A DNA stretch of 30,756 nucleotides, from IMG/VR virus record IMGVR_UViG_3300003793_000002, positions 1 to 30,756 of that record; one strand, 5' to 3'. Positions 8,307 through 16,579 of this stretch are shown here, one piece after another. The notes under the pieces were generated by a model. That model ran no database searches. It saw only the letters and a program-made list of their open reading frames with translations, and was not told the DNA's origin. The first letter of the stretch is position 1. Every line of letters begins with the position of its first letter. Position numbers and translations under genes: made by a program. The stretch comes from a virus. Taxonomy: Duplodnaviria; Caudoviricetes.

Positions 8307-8594
8307 TTAATTTGTTTTATAAGTTTGAGTGTAGTATTGTTCAGCTTGTTCTAAAAATCTTTTATCTAACATTCTCATTTGATGGCTTTCACAATTACCA
8401 TTATATCCTACTGCCGAAAGATACGCATCTAATATCTGTTTCTTTTCTTGTTCTAAAGCATCAAAAGCAAAAGATAAAGCTGCATTTAATCCTATGCGAT
8501 AGTCCCCCGTTCTATTAGTTCCTAACTTATTGTGGGCGGATAGTTCTATCTGTTGTTCTATACGTTCTATTAATTCTTGTATTGCGCTTTTCAT
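8307..8594 (-). CDS. Hypothetical phage protein
   Basis: ALEQEKKQILDAY...AEQYYTQTY, a pattern common in Bacteroidota phages. Confidence 0.7.
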   Translation of the reverse strand: MKSAIQELIERIEQQIELSAHNKLGTNRTGDYRIGLNAALSFAFDALEQEKKQILDAYLSAVGYNGNCESHQMRMLDKRFLEQAEQYYTQTYKTN

Positions 8595-8606
8595 AATTCT
8601 TTATTT

Positions 8607-8744
8607 TTAAACAAACCATTGTAAATAACTTTCGTCCATCATTAATTTTTTGATAGATTCTAGCGTTTCATCGTCATTATCCCTGCCATGTAGCCAACGT
8701 TCTAGCAAGGATTCTATTTGTGAAAGTGTTTCTTGTGGGGTCAT
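8607..8744 (-). CDS. Small hypothetical protein (45 aa)
   Basis: MTPQETLSQIESLLERWLHG...; ATGA overlap with the HNH gene. Confidence 0.55.
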   Translation of the reverse strand: MTPQETLSQIESLLERWLHGRDNDDETLESIKKLMMDESYLQWFV

Positions 8745-9079
8745 TTTACATTTGTTTTAAGTGTTTCAAAATAAAATACGATAGGCTTAACATTTTCTTC
8801 GATATGCCCGTATCTTTTTGCTATTCGATAAATAGTATTAGTATCGTTTAGCCTTCTCACAAGTTCCCCTAATTCTATTCTAAACTGTTCGACACTATGA
8901 GTGTTTTTATAATTATTACAAGAAGCGCAAGATGCAAGTAAGTTAGATATATCATTAACTCCTTCGCCCTTAAAGTTACGTTTTGGTATAATATGGTCAA
9001 CTTGAAATTTATTTAATTCACACCCACAATAGGCACATTTGCCATTAGTTTTAGCTAGTACCTTTTTTCTATCTATCAT
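8741..9079 (-). CDS. HNH endonuclease
   Basis: CAYCG, VDHIIP and NLLASCASCNNYK. Confidence 0.92.
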   Translation of the reverse strand: MIDRKKVLAKTNGKCAYCGCELNKFQVDHIIPKRNFKGEGVNDISNLLASCASCNNYKNTHSVEQFRIELGELVRRLNDTNTIYRIAKRYGHIEENVKPIVFYFETLKTNVK

Positions 9080-9306
9080 TACATTTGTTTTAAGTGTTCG
9101 AGGATTAATTCAAGTTTACGCATATCTGTTAATCCGCTATTACCCATTCTATACAAATCACTTCGTGCATAATTCATACACGCCTCTACTTCTGTAATAG
9201 CGCATTGGATGGAAGTATCTTCTATATGTTCAACTTGTACCTTATTTAACGATAAAAGTATTGTATACTTCTCTAATATCGCTTCCGCTTGTTGTTGTGG
9301 TGTCAT
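9079..9306 (-). CDS. Hypothetical protein
   Basis: Coupled ORF in the operon. Confidence 0.65.
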   Translation of the reverse strand: MTPQQQAEAILEKYTILLSLNKVQVEHIEDTSIQCAITEVEACMNYARSDLYRMGNSGLTDMRKLELILEHLKQM

Positions 9307-9503
9307 ATAATCGTATTTGTATGTGGTAAATAAAGTCTGAATTTAATTTTGCAAGGGGTATAATCATTTAACTTGTAATGCTTCCAAACTTTCTTTCTTT
9401 CTGCATAAGTCCAATGCCTACCCTTCACTACTCGTTTGAGGCGTTTTCGAAGCCTTATACACTTTAGCCCGTCTTTAAATATTTTTCTCCATTTTGTTTG
9501 CAT
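9303..9503 (-). CDS. Basic hypothetical protein
   Basis: Coupled ORF, K/R-rich. Confidence 0.55.
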   Translation of the reverse strand: MQTKWRKIFKDGLKCIRLRKRLKRVVKGRHWTYAERKKVWKHYKLNDYTPCKIKFRLYLPHTNTII

Positions 9504-9505
9504 TG

Positions 9506-9853
9506 TTAGTTAATTTTAAATCTTAAAATAGTTACTATTTCTCTCATTGAAAAGTCGGGGTAAATTTCATCCATAGCTTTTATTAACCCACCAAAATATC
9601 TTGCTGAGATATTATAATTATCTATACAATCTTTATCTGTTAAATCATCAAACTTATAATGATTTTGTGAAACTATTGTAGCAATGCAGGTGGGGTCAAC
9701 TCTAATAGGAGTATCAACTAACTTATAATTATCTTTAGTCCAAATAACTATAGGTTTTGTTTTGTCAAAAATCCTTGCCCCTCTAAGGCATACTGAATAA
9801 ACTTGCTCACTATTAAAAGTGATGTCGTCTTTAAATGTTAGTAGATTTTTCAT
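9506..9853 (-). CDS. ASCH/PUA-like domain protein
   Basis: Pattern LRG...KFDDLTDKDC...L..AM.EIYP.....IVTILRF resembles ASCH domains. Confidence 0.5.
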   Translation of the reverse strand: MKNLLTFKDDITFNSEQVYSVCLRGARIFDKTKPIVIWTKDNYKLVDTPIRVDPTCIATIVSQNHYKFDDLTDKDCIDNYNISARYFGGLIKAMDEIYPDFSMREIVTILRFKIN

Positions 9854-10265
9854 TGTTTTCTTTTTTTAATTCGTTGCCTAATTTCCATATTCCACAGTTT
9901 TGTTTTGGATACAGTTCTGGATTATGTGTTACATAATAAAGAGGTTGCTTATAAAATTCAGGCTTCCAACTTTCTGTAATATCCATAATAGTACCTTCAT
10001 CTGTAACATCACCAATTTTAAATACTACTGTTTGCATTGTTTGATTGTTTGAATTATGATGATTATTAAATGCTTTCATAGCATCCTCAAGTTTAGAATA
10101 TCTACCTACTAAAAAGTCTTTTTGTCCAAAAATAGCTTGACCTCTTACCGTATATAAAGGAACAGTAGGATGATTATTAAAGGTTATACTTTTACCAAAA
10201 CCTTCATAACTTGTTATAATAACTTCTTCGTTATCATTAACTGTGTGATGTCCCATTATTATCAT
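9831..10265 (-). CDS. Hypothetical protein
   Basis: 144-aa ORF in the operon. Confidence 0.6.
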   Translation of the reverse strand: MIIMGHHTVNDNEEVIITSYEGFGKSITFNNHPTVPLYTVRGQAIFGQKDFLVGRYSKLEDAMKAFNNHHNSNNQTMQTVVFKIGDVTDEGTIMDITESWKPEFYKQPLYYVTHNPELYPKQNCGIWKLGNELKKENNEKSTNI

Positions 10266-10818
10266 TTGATTCTTTTAATTGATTAATAAATTGTATGCAG
10301 TTGTATAGGGCTGTTAGGGTTTCGAGGGGAATACCTTTAATAATACTAATCATAACATTAGATTTTATTCTGCCATAAGGAACGCCCTTTTTATAATCAA
10401 ATATCTTTTCTTCCCTCACCTTTTCCCAAACTTCGTGAAGCCTGTTCCAATCTAAAAATGATTCTACGTTACCGTAACAAATAAATTCTCTAAATTCATT
10501 ACGCCATTGAATCCCTTCAAAAGCTGGGTATTTTATCCATCCCATATACTTTGCCACTACTTCTTTCATTTCAGCGATTGTGGGGTTTTGGTTTTCCTCA
10601 TTGTTTATAATTTTAATGTGACCCTTACCTTCATTCAAGGAGTAAGGAATATCTTTACAAGAATGATTATCATCGCATACTAATTTACCATAAAAATCAC
10701 CATCACTATCTACTGATACAATTAGATCATATCCCCATTCAGATTTTAAAGTGTCTCCTACATATATAGCAATGTTATTGTCATCTTTAAGGTTTGTGGG
10801 GGTTAATTCTGTTTGCAT
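10237..10818 (-). CDS. YopX-like N-terminal domain fused to an unknown domain
   Basis: TNLKDDNNIAIYVGDTL resembles the YopX motif TGLKDKNGKEIYEGDIV. Confidence 0.55.
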   Translation of the reverse strand: MQTELTPTNLKDDNNIAIYVGDTLKSEWGYDLIVSVDSDGDFYGKLVCDDNHSCKDIPYSLNEGKGHIKIINNEENQNPTIAEMKEVVAKYMGWIKYPAFEGIQWRNEFREFICYGNVESFLDWNRLHEVWEKVREEKIFDYKKGVPYGRIKSNVMISIIKGIPLETLTALYNCIQFINQLKESNDNNGTSHS

Positions 10819-10880
10819 AATGCGTATGTTTTTTTAGTTATTAAATACGGGTTAATACTACAATCTCTAGGGTCTTTCAT
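10803..10880 (-). pseudogene. Internally deleted copy of the 11822..12352 gene
   Basis: MK-DPRDCSINPYLITKK versus MK...DPRKCEINPYLITKK; TTTTTAGTTATTAAATACGGGTTAAT is shared exactly. Confidence 0.7.
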
Positions 10881-11097
10881 TGATTAATTTTTTAGCGTTA
10901 TTTAATACTGTTTCAACTTCATCAAATGTTTGTGGAAAGTTGCGTCTATAATTTTCTATTATATTTATCAACTCTCTATGACTTTCAGCAAGTGGGGTGT
11001 AGTAATCTTTCAGAATAGTATCAACATAATATTCTGATAGCCTTATAAAGCCACAATCATCATATAATACTTTCTCTTTAATTTCTTTAATGTTCAT
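10867..11097 (-). CDS. Hypothetical protein, paralog of 12339..12575
   Basis: C-terminus VETVLNNAKKLINE versus VETIILNAKKLTNE. Confidence 0.65.
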   Translation of the reverse strand: MNIKEIKEKVLYDDCGFIRLSEYYVDTILKDYYTPLAESHRELINIIENYRRNFPQTFDEVETVLNNAKKLINERP

Positions 11098-11281
11098 TTT
11101 TTAACAATTTTATTTCTTTCCTTAAATAACTCTTATGCTTATCATCTTTCGGGTTCTGCATCATTCGCTGATAGCGTTCTAGTTGCAGTTGCTTTAACTC
11201 CTTATCGGTTGGCAGCCTATCACGTTGTGCGATAAAGGCGTAGATTGATTCTTTATTCATTGCCACAAATATTTTTGTCAA
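11087..11281 (-). CDS. Hypothetical protein
   Basis: Coupled ORF. Confidence 0.55.
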   Translation of the reverse strand: MTKIFVAMNKESIYAFIAQRDRLPTDKELKQLQLERYQRMMQNPKDDKHKSYLRKEIKLLKNEH

Positions 11282-11534
11282 TATGGTCGTAATGGTTTTC
11301 TAAATACTTATCTATTACTTCATTTTCTTTATCGGTATAAAACCCTCTTTCCCATTCTATTCCTTCGCATCCTCTTACAGTTACTATTGTTGATAGGTAT
11401 TTGATACCCCAGTACTCCCCTGCATCTTCACCACGTTCCATATCAATCGGTTCGCCAAAAAATTCTACATTTTTGTAATAAAATTCATAAGGGTTAACTA
11501 TAAATTCGATTTCTTCAGTATATGTATGTATCAT
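11253..11534 (-). CDS. Acidic hypothetical protein
   Basis: 93-aa ORF. Confidence 0.6.
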   Translation of the reverse strand: MIHTYTEEIEFIVNPYEFYYKNVEFFGEPIDMERGEDAGEYWGIKYLSTIVTVRGCEGIEWERGFYTDKENEVIDKYLENHYDHIDKNICGNE

Positions 11535-11540
11535 AATTAT

Positions 11541-11566
11541 TGCAGTTTATAGGATGCTGCACCCCT
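11541..11566 (-). promoter_or_regulatory. H-type pseudoknot upstream of start codon
   Basis: AGGG-G-UGCAG-CA-UCCU-AUAAA-CUGCA. Confidence 0.55.
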
Positions 11567-11572
11567 TTTTAA

Positions 11573-11815
11573 TTAAAATGTTAATGTGATGTCTATTTTT
11601 ACATCATTGTAAACCGAAGTGCAGCTGAACCATTTCTCTTTTGGTAAATACTTAATATCAAAGTTAAATTCTGTTTCGCTAATAAATGCTAAAGTTTCAC
11701 CTTTGCAATGTCCTTGCAATTTCACTTGATTATGCACATTAATACCAACGGCGTAGAATCTATCTAAACCTAATTTTTCTTGTAGGTAATTTAATACCTC
11801 TAATTCTTTTTTCAT
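11573..11815 (-). CDS. Hypothetical protein
   Basis: 80-aa ORF. Confidence 0.65.
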   Translation of the reverse strand: MKKELEVLNYLQEKLGLDRFYAVGINVHNQVKLQGHCKGETLAFISETEFNFDIKYLPKEKWFSCTSVYNDVKIDITLTF

Positions 11816-11821
11816 TTTTTT

Positions 11822-12352
11822 CTATTTTTTAGTTATTAAATACGGGTTAATCTCACACTTTCTAGGGTCAATCGCTTCTAAATTCGGAAACAAATTTATT
11901 CGCCTTGAAAAGAGGTATTGGAAAAGGGCTAGTTGAAAGGTTGATTGATACAAATTGCCATTAATTGTTTTATAAAATGACTGATATGTAGGCGAATATC
12001 TAAATAATATTTCTTTATTATCACTATTTAACCATACTAATATATCTCTTACAAAATCATAATCCTCTCCCTTATACGTCCCCTCTATCTTCGCCAATTC
12101 CACTAAAGGTATCTCATCTACTCCCTCGTGGTTGATTGTTTCTGTGAGGCAATAAAGAGGGTAGAGGTAGGGAACGGTATCATCTGAACACCAACCTTTA
12201 TAATCAAAACTCTCTCCATCATATTCACACACTATTAAGTCGAATAGTATTTTTTGAGGTTGGTAACCTACTAAAACACCTTTAACTTTATTATCAAATT
12301 CCACTACCACCCCACTATCCAAATAGTGTATTAGTTCTTTATTCTGTTTCAT
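11822..12352 (-). CDS. Hypothetical phage protein
   Basis: 176-aa ORF; PYLYPL..LTETI.H.G...IPLVELAKI motif seen in Bacteroidota phages. Confidence 0.7.
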   Translation of the reverse strand: MKQNKELIHYLDSGVVVEFDNKVKGVLVGYQPQKILFDLIVCEYDGESFDYKGWCSDDTVPYLYPLYCLTETINHEGVDEIPLVELAKIEGTYKGEDYDFVRDILVWLNSDNKEILFRYSPTYQSFYKTINGNLYQSTFQLALFQYLFSRRINLFPNLEAIDPRKCEINPYLITKK

Positions 12353-12575
12353 TTGTTAATTTTTTAGCGTTTAAAATAATTGTTTCTACTCTTGCCCAAT
12401 GTTTATCATGCTGCTTACTATCCTTTAGCTTTTCTATTGCTGAAATTAGCGGATAGTAGTAATTGTTTAAGACGTGATTTGCGCCTTCTACAAAATCATC
12501 AAATGCGTGTTCTTGATAATCGGTGTCTAACTTTTGGGAGTGTGCCGTAGCGGCTTGCTTAATTTGCTCTTTCAT
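12339..12575 (-). CDS. Hypothetical protein
   Basis: IKQAA...FVEGAN pattern. Confidence 0.65.
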   Translation of the reverse strand: MKEQIKQAATAHSQKLDTDYQEHAFDDFVEGANHVLNNYYYPLISAIEKLKDSKQHDKHWARVETIILNAKKLTNETE

Positions 12576-12595
12576 TTTTTAACTGTTTAGCGTTA

Positions 12596-12889
12596 TTAAT
12601 TAAACCCTTTGCTTAATCCGAAAATAGGATCCAACAACGTAGCGTTCTCCCAAGAGAAATACTCGGTAACAATAACACCTGGAACACTAAATACTCGTTG
12701 TTTCTTCGGAAGATTAAACTCCTTTATTAGTTGATACATCGTTGTGTACGATACGCCTATATGTCTGCATATTGCGCCAAGTGTCATTTTTGCGTTATTT
12801 TCTATATAGAACTTCTTGTGGTCTTCAGTCATAACGAATTTGTTGTCTCTACCTGCCGGCATTTTAGCCAGATTAATTACTTTAGCCAT
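12596..12889 (-). CDS. HTH-like DNA-binding protein
   Basis: MTLGAICRHIGVSYTTMYQLIKEFNL. Confidence 0.6.
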   Translation of the reverse strand: MAKVINLAKMPAGRDNKFVMTEDHKKFYIENNAKMTLGAICRHIGVSYTTMYQLIKEFNLPKKQRVFSVPGVIVTEYFSWENATLLDPIFGLSKGFN

Positions 12890-12919
12890 TTGTTTGCGTT
12901 TTTTGTGATTAAATTATTA

Positions 12920-13123
12920 TTACTCCATTTTACTTTCTAGTACTAAATAACTCACTATTTCTTTTTTGCCGTTACGGTATTCATTCAGATGTTCTAAAAT
13001 TAGCTCTCCTTCCTGTATTCTAGCGGCTTTTAATAGTTCATTGGAACATTCCTCTGCATTGCCAATTATCGGGGCTAGAATCGCCTCTTTTCGATATTTT
13101 CCAAATTGTGTGATAAGTCTCAT
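12920..13123 (-). CDS. Hypothetical protein
   Basis: Likely ATG at 13123, just after the primase stop. Confidence 0.5.
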   Translation of the reverse strand: MRLITQFGKYRKEAILAPIIGNAEECSNELLKAARIQEGELILEHLNEYRNGKKEIVSYLVLESKME

Positions 13124-13133
13124 ATTGTTTATT

Positions 13134-15065
13134 TTAAAAAGGTTTTTCTTCGAGGTTGTTAAAATCGTCTTTAAAAGCATCTTTATTCGTCCAATGATGC
13201 GATTCTATTGGCTTGAAATTGCCATAGGGATGTTTCCTATCCTCGTCTTTGATTATGGAAGGGGCGTTTGTGTCGGCAGTATCAATAGAGCTGTATTGCC
13301 TTGTTAATGGATCAAACTTGAAATGCCTTGTGCCAACTCTTCCAAGCCAAGAATATTTTACCTTTTGGATGTGAACATCGACAATCCCGGTATCAAAATT
13401 TCTGTAAACTGTTATCCCATTATGTGTTTTTTGTCCAAACTCGGCAGCGCCTTTACAGTTAGTAAGTGTTGGCACTAAATATTTACCATCTACTCCTTTT
13501 GCCATCTTTGTAGGGTGAACTACTAAAAACCCGTGAAGATTATACTTGCGCAAGAAAGAGGTTATCTGAGATAATACTTTGCTAGTGTAAGCATCGGTAG
13601 TCATTCCGGAAGGTGTATTGTGTTCGATACAGTTCCAAGGTGAAATAACTAAAGCGTTGATGCCATATCGCTCTACCATTTGTTTTGCCTTATCTAGAAT
13701 ACTATCTATCGTTGTATCGAATGTATCGACATTTAGAATTTTAATATATTCATCTACAAACGACATCGACTTATTAAACTCAGTCTGATTCATTCTGTGT
13801 TCTGGGTTCTTTCTGAAATCGTACGACTTACAAGCATACTTTTCCATAAACTTAGATGCGGTTATATCAGGCGTTTCCTCGAATTGACATATCATCGTTT
13901 TCCAATGATTTATTTTTGCTAATCCTGTACAGAAAGCATTTAAGAACTCGTCTTTCCCGTGACCGTGTATGCCAGTTACAATAGTTAATTGCTGAGATAT
14001 TATGGTTAAAAAAGCATCTGTGTCACCAATATCATCTAGCATACCACTTTTAGCACCTTTTGGGTATCCGTTTTGGTAGTAGTACAGTAACTTATCGGCC
14101 ATACTCTCAATAGTACTTTCGCCTTCTAGCGGATATAACCTTGCATTAGTAATTAAATCTTTTACTGCTTGTTTGCCGTATTTAACAAGAACATCGTTCG
14201 CATCTTTACAGCCATCGGGGTAATTAACGATATAGCATCTCTCTTTCCCTAACCTTCTACTTAATTCTTCGCAAAGCCTTCTTCCTGGCTCGTCACTATC
14301 GGTTGCTATGTATATTTTTTTCTTCCCATCGAAGTATTGCCAATTATTATCTAGGTATTCCAATTTTAAGTTACCAACTCCAGCACCGTTAGGTACACTT
14401 ACTACAAAATACTCACCAGCTTCGTAAAAAGACATACAATCTGCTTCGCCTTCCGTTATTATAGCCTCTTCTACGCCCTCAATCGCATCAATGTTATAGA
14501 ATACCAACTTTGCATCTTTGGCGAGCTTAAAATCCTTGTCTTTGCCACGAAATTTAATATTTACAAGTTTGTCTTGTTCGTAGTAATTGAAGCAAATCGC
14601 TTTTATCTCTTTTTTTGCTTTAGGCATCCACTCTACTGATTCAGTCACTCTAAACCTGAGTAGCGTGTTATTACTAATCTTTCTATGATTCTCAAAATAG
14701 TCGATGGTTGTTTTTGATAACTTCTCTAATCTTTCAGCAGGTAAAATGTAAGTTTTTTTACTTTCTTCGGTGGCGTCATTTACTACTTCGATGTTATACT
14801 TTTCAGCAAGAAGTTTTATCGCATCTATGTACTTCACCCTTTGAGTTTCCATCACAAACTTTATAGCATCACCGCTTACACCGCATCCAAAGCATTTGTA
14901 AAAGTTTTTTGAAGGACTAACTTTGAATGATCCGGACTTCTCATTATGAAAAGGGCATAATCCAACGTAATCGCTACCTTCTTTTTTCAGCTTTACAGAT
15001 TCTCCTATTAGTGATACTATCTCAGCAGCCGACTTTACTTGTTCTATCGTAGTTTGTGAAATCAT
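13134..15065 (-). CDS. Primase-helicase (CHC2 zinc finger + TOPRIM + SF4/Twinkle-like helicase)
   Basis: CPFHNEKSGSF...CFGCG, TEGEAD, DSDEPG, KDAND, Walker A TGIHGHGK and VVHPTK. Confidence 0.93.
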   Translation of the reverse strand: MISQTTIEQVKSAAEIVSLIGESVKLKKEGSDYVGLCPFHNEKSGSFKVSPSKNFYKCFGCGVSGDAIKFVMETQRVKYIDAIKLLAEKYNIEVVNDATEESKKTYILPAERLEKLSKTTIDYFENHRKISNNTLLRFRVTESVEWMPKAKKEIKAICFNYYEQDKLVNIKFRGKDKDFKLAKDAKLVFYNIDAIEGVEEAIITEGEADCMSFYEAGEYFVVSVPNGAGVGNLKLEYLDNNWQYFDGKKKIYIATDSDEPGRRLCEELSRRLGKERCYIVNYPDGCKDANDVLVKYGKQAVKDLITNARLYPLEGESTIESMADKLLYYYQNGYPKGAKSGMLDDIGDTDAFLTIISQQLTIVTGIHGHGKDEFLNAFCTGLAKINHWKTMICQFEETPDITASKFMEKYACKSYDFRKNPEHRMNQTEFNKSMSFVDEYIKILNVDTFDTTIDSILDKAKQMVERYGINALVISPWNCIEHNTPSGMTTDAYTSKVLSQITSFLRKYNLHGFLVVHPTKMAKGVDGKYLVPTLTNCKGAAEFGQKTHNGITVYRNFDTGIVDVHIQKVKYSWLGRVGTRHFKFDPLTRQYSSIDTADTNAPSIIKDEDRKHPYGNFKPIESHHWTNKDAFKDDFNNLEEKPF

Positions 15066-15733
15066 AATACAAGATTTGGGTCGTACACATGGCCATTAGG
15101 CAAAACAACTATATCCTTCTTTTGGAATTGTGGTGTAGGTTGATGTTTAGGGGAGTTGTAATTTGCTACCCAAGCATTAATCAATGACCCTGATTTATTT
15201 GGTGCCATTTCTGGGTATCTTACCGTAAACTTCCTTGCTTCTCTATCAACAACTTCTTCATCCCAATTAGAGCATCGCTTGAAGAGCATCTTTACTTCAC
15301 GCAATTTATTTTCGTAGAAATCTGTTGTTGCTGTCTCTTTTACAACAACATTATTTATATCAGTATCAGTAACAGTATCAGTATCAGTAACAGTAACAGT
15401 ATCAATAGGGTTATTAGGTTTTAACCCAGAAACCTCTTGGTTATTTAGGTTTTCTTTAGGTTTATCTAGGTTTTTTGAAGTAGGTCTACCACCAAGTCTG
15501 CCATTTTGTACGGATGTTTCCCTTCTTTTGTCGTAATCCTGTATATTCCTAGTTAAGTTAGGCTCTATTAGTTTCCAAACTAATTTAACCGATAGGTTAT
15601 TTAGGATTATTAAATCTTCTTTGTCACTATGGAAGTAAAATAAATTCCTGAATATAATTGCTTGGTCTGTATCGGAAAGTTCTTTGATAGCCTCAACCCA
15701 TTCCGTCCTAATAATGAAAGTGTCCTTTGCCAT
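15062..15733 (-). CDS. Replication initiator-like protein (DUF6291-like)
   Basis: KDTFII..EW.EAIKELSD...YDKRRETSVQNGRLGGRP and a (DT/VT)n linker; lies upstream of the primase-helicase. Confidence 0.75.
   Translation of the reverse strand: MAKDTFIIRTEWVEAIKELSDTDQAIIFRNLFYFHSDKEDLIILNNLSVKLVWKLIEPNLTRNIQDYDKRRETSVQNGRLGGRPTSKNLDKPKENLNNQEVSGLKPNNPIDTVTVTDTDTVTDTDINNVVVKETATTDFYENKLREVKMLFKRCSNWDEEVVDREARKFTVRYPEMAPNKSGSLINAWVANYNSPKHQPTPQFQKKDIVVLPNGHVYDPNLVL
15358..15473. repeat. Hexamer microsatellite plus TAGGTTT iterons (candidate phage origin)
   Basis: (CAGTAW)n at 15358-15404; TAGGTTT at 15415, 15446, 15457 and 15467. Confidence 0.6.
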
Positions 15734-15745
15734 AACTAAATATTT

Positions 15746-15964
15746 TTACTGAGCTAACCAGTCTAATTTGTACTGAGATTCTTGTTTTGGATTCACCACG
15801 CTAATGAGTTCCTTTTCGATGTTATTCATTATGGCAAAATCCCTTTTATCTTTGGTTTTTAATGCTTTGCGTTTCGAGTTTAAATAAGAGGTTAGTTTGT
15901 CTAATAGCCACTTATTTTGCGCTAAAAGCTGTTGATATTCAAATTCTAGTTGCTCTTGTGACAT
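15746..15964 (-). CDS. Hypothetical coiled-coil protein
   Basis: Likely ATG at 15964 (MSQEQLEFE). Confidence 0.6.
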   Translation of the reverse strand: MSQEQLEFEYQQLLAQNKWLLDKLTSYLNSKRKALKTKDKRDFAIMNNIEKELISVVNPKQESQYKLDWLAQ

Positions 15965-15970
15965 AACCAG

Positions 15971-16066
15971 AAATAAAAAGCCCTTAACGGTTCGTGCGGC
16001 AACACTCCCCGTTAAGGGCGAAAGGTTAAAATATATGTACAATCTATCGTGCAGTTGCCGCTACAC
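15971..16066 (-). ncRNA. Kissing-loop leader RNA / attenuator with intrinsic terminator
   Basis: Hairpin GUGUAG-CGGCAA-CUGCAC; 11-bp terminator stem GCCCUUAACGG/CCGUUAAGGGC plus U tract, with apical GUG-UUGCCG-CAC. Confidence 0.65.
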
Positions 16067-16097
16067 AATAATTTTTTAAAATTTGTAAGAACTCCGA

Positions 16098-16131
16098 CAA
16101 ATATACAAACAAAATACAAATGATATACAAA
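16098..16131 (-). promoter_or_regulatory. Promoter of replication genes overlapped by TTTGTAT repeats
   Basis: TATATTTG at 16098-16105 (minus); ATACAAA three times at about 11-nt spacing. Confidence 0.6.
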
Positions 16132-16201
16132 TGAATGTGTGTAATTGTGAAAACTATTTGTACTTAATGTTTGCGGTGACATTCCATCTAATTAAATAAG
16201 T

Positions 16202-16297
16202 TTAACTGATTGATAGTTGATTGCTGTAAAATGCTTCGCAATCAGTCCATTTAAGCCTGTTACCGCCTAAACACGCATATAAATTCAATACTTTCAT
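16202..16297 (-). pseudogene. Remnant of a C5 DNA cytosine methyltransferase
   Basis: MKVLNLYACLGGNRLKW matches motif I of phage C5-MTases, but the ORF is only 31 aa. Confidence 0.7.
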
Positions 16298-16300
16298 CCC

Positions 16301-16579
16301 CTAAAATATTAATTGTTGTCCTAAAACCTTATCCGGTGCTTTTTTAGCCCTTGTTTTACTCTGAGTGGTATCTTTAATCGCAACCTCTGTCTTTTCTGCT
16401 ATTACGGGCTTCTCTTGGCTTATTTCGTCCTTTAAAACTGAGAACCCGTCTTTCTATTCAAGAAGTCTGACTATTAGTACCGTAACCTTATCTGATATTA
16501 TCACCACTTCATCGCCGGCGTTACCGTAAATATGTGACGGCTTACACTTGCTTCTAATATCAGTTTTGAGGTAGGGCAT
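16301..16579 (-). pseudogene. 92-codon gene interrupted by a single in-frame TAG (16454-16456)
   Basis: MPYLKTDIRS...VRLLE*KDGFSVLKDEIS...QQLIF; start coupled to the exonuclease stop (TAATG). Confidence 0.65.

Noticed and set aside
11541-11566. preQ1-I riboswitch
   Set aside because: The topology is similar, but the conserved preQ1 loop nucleotides and queuosine gene context are missing.
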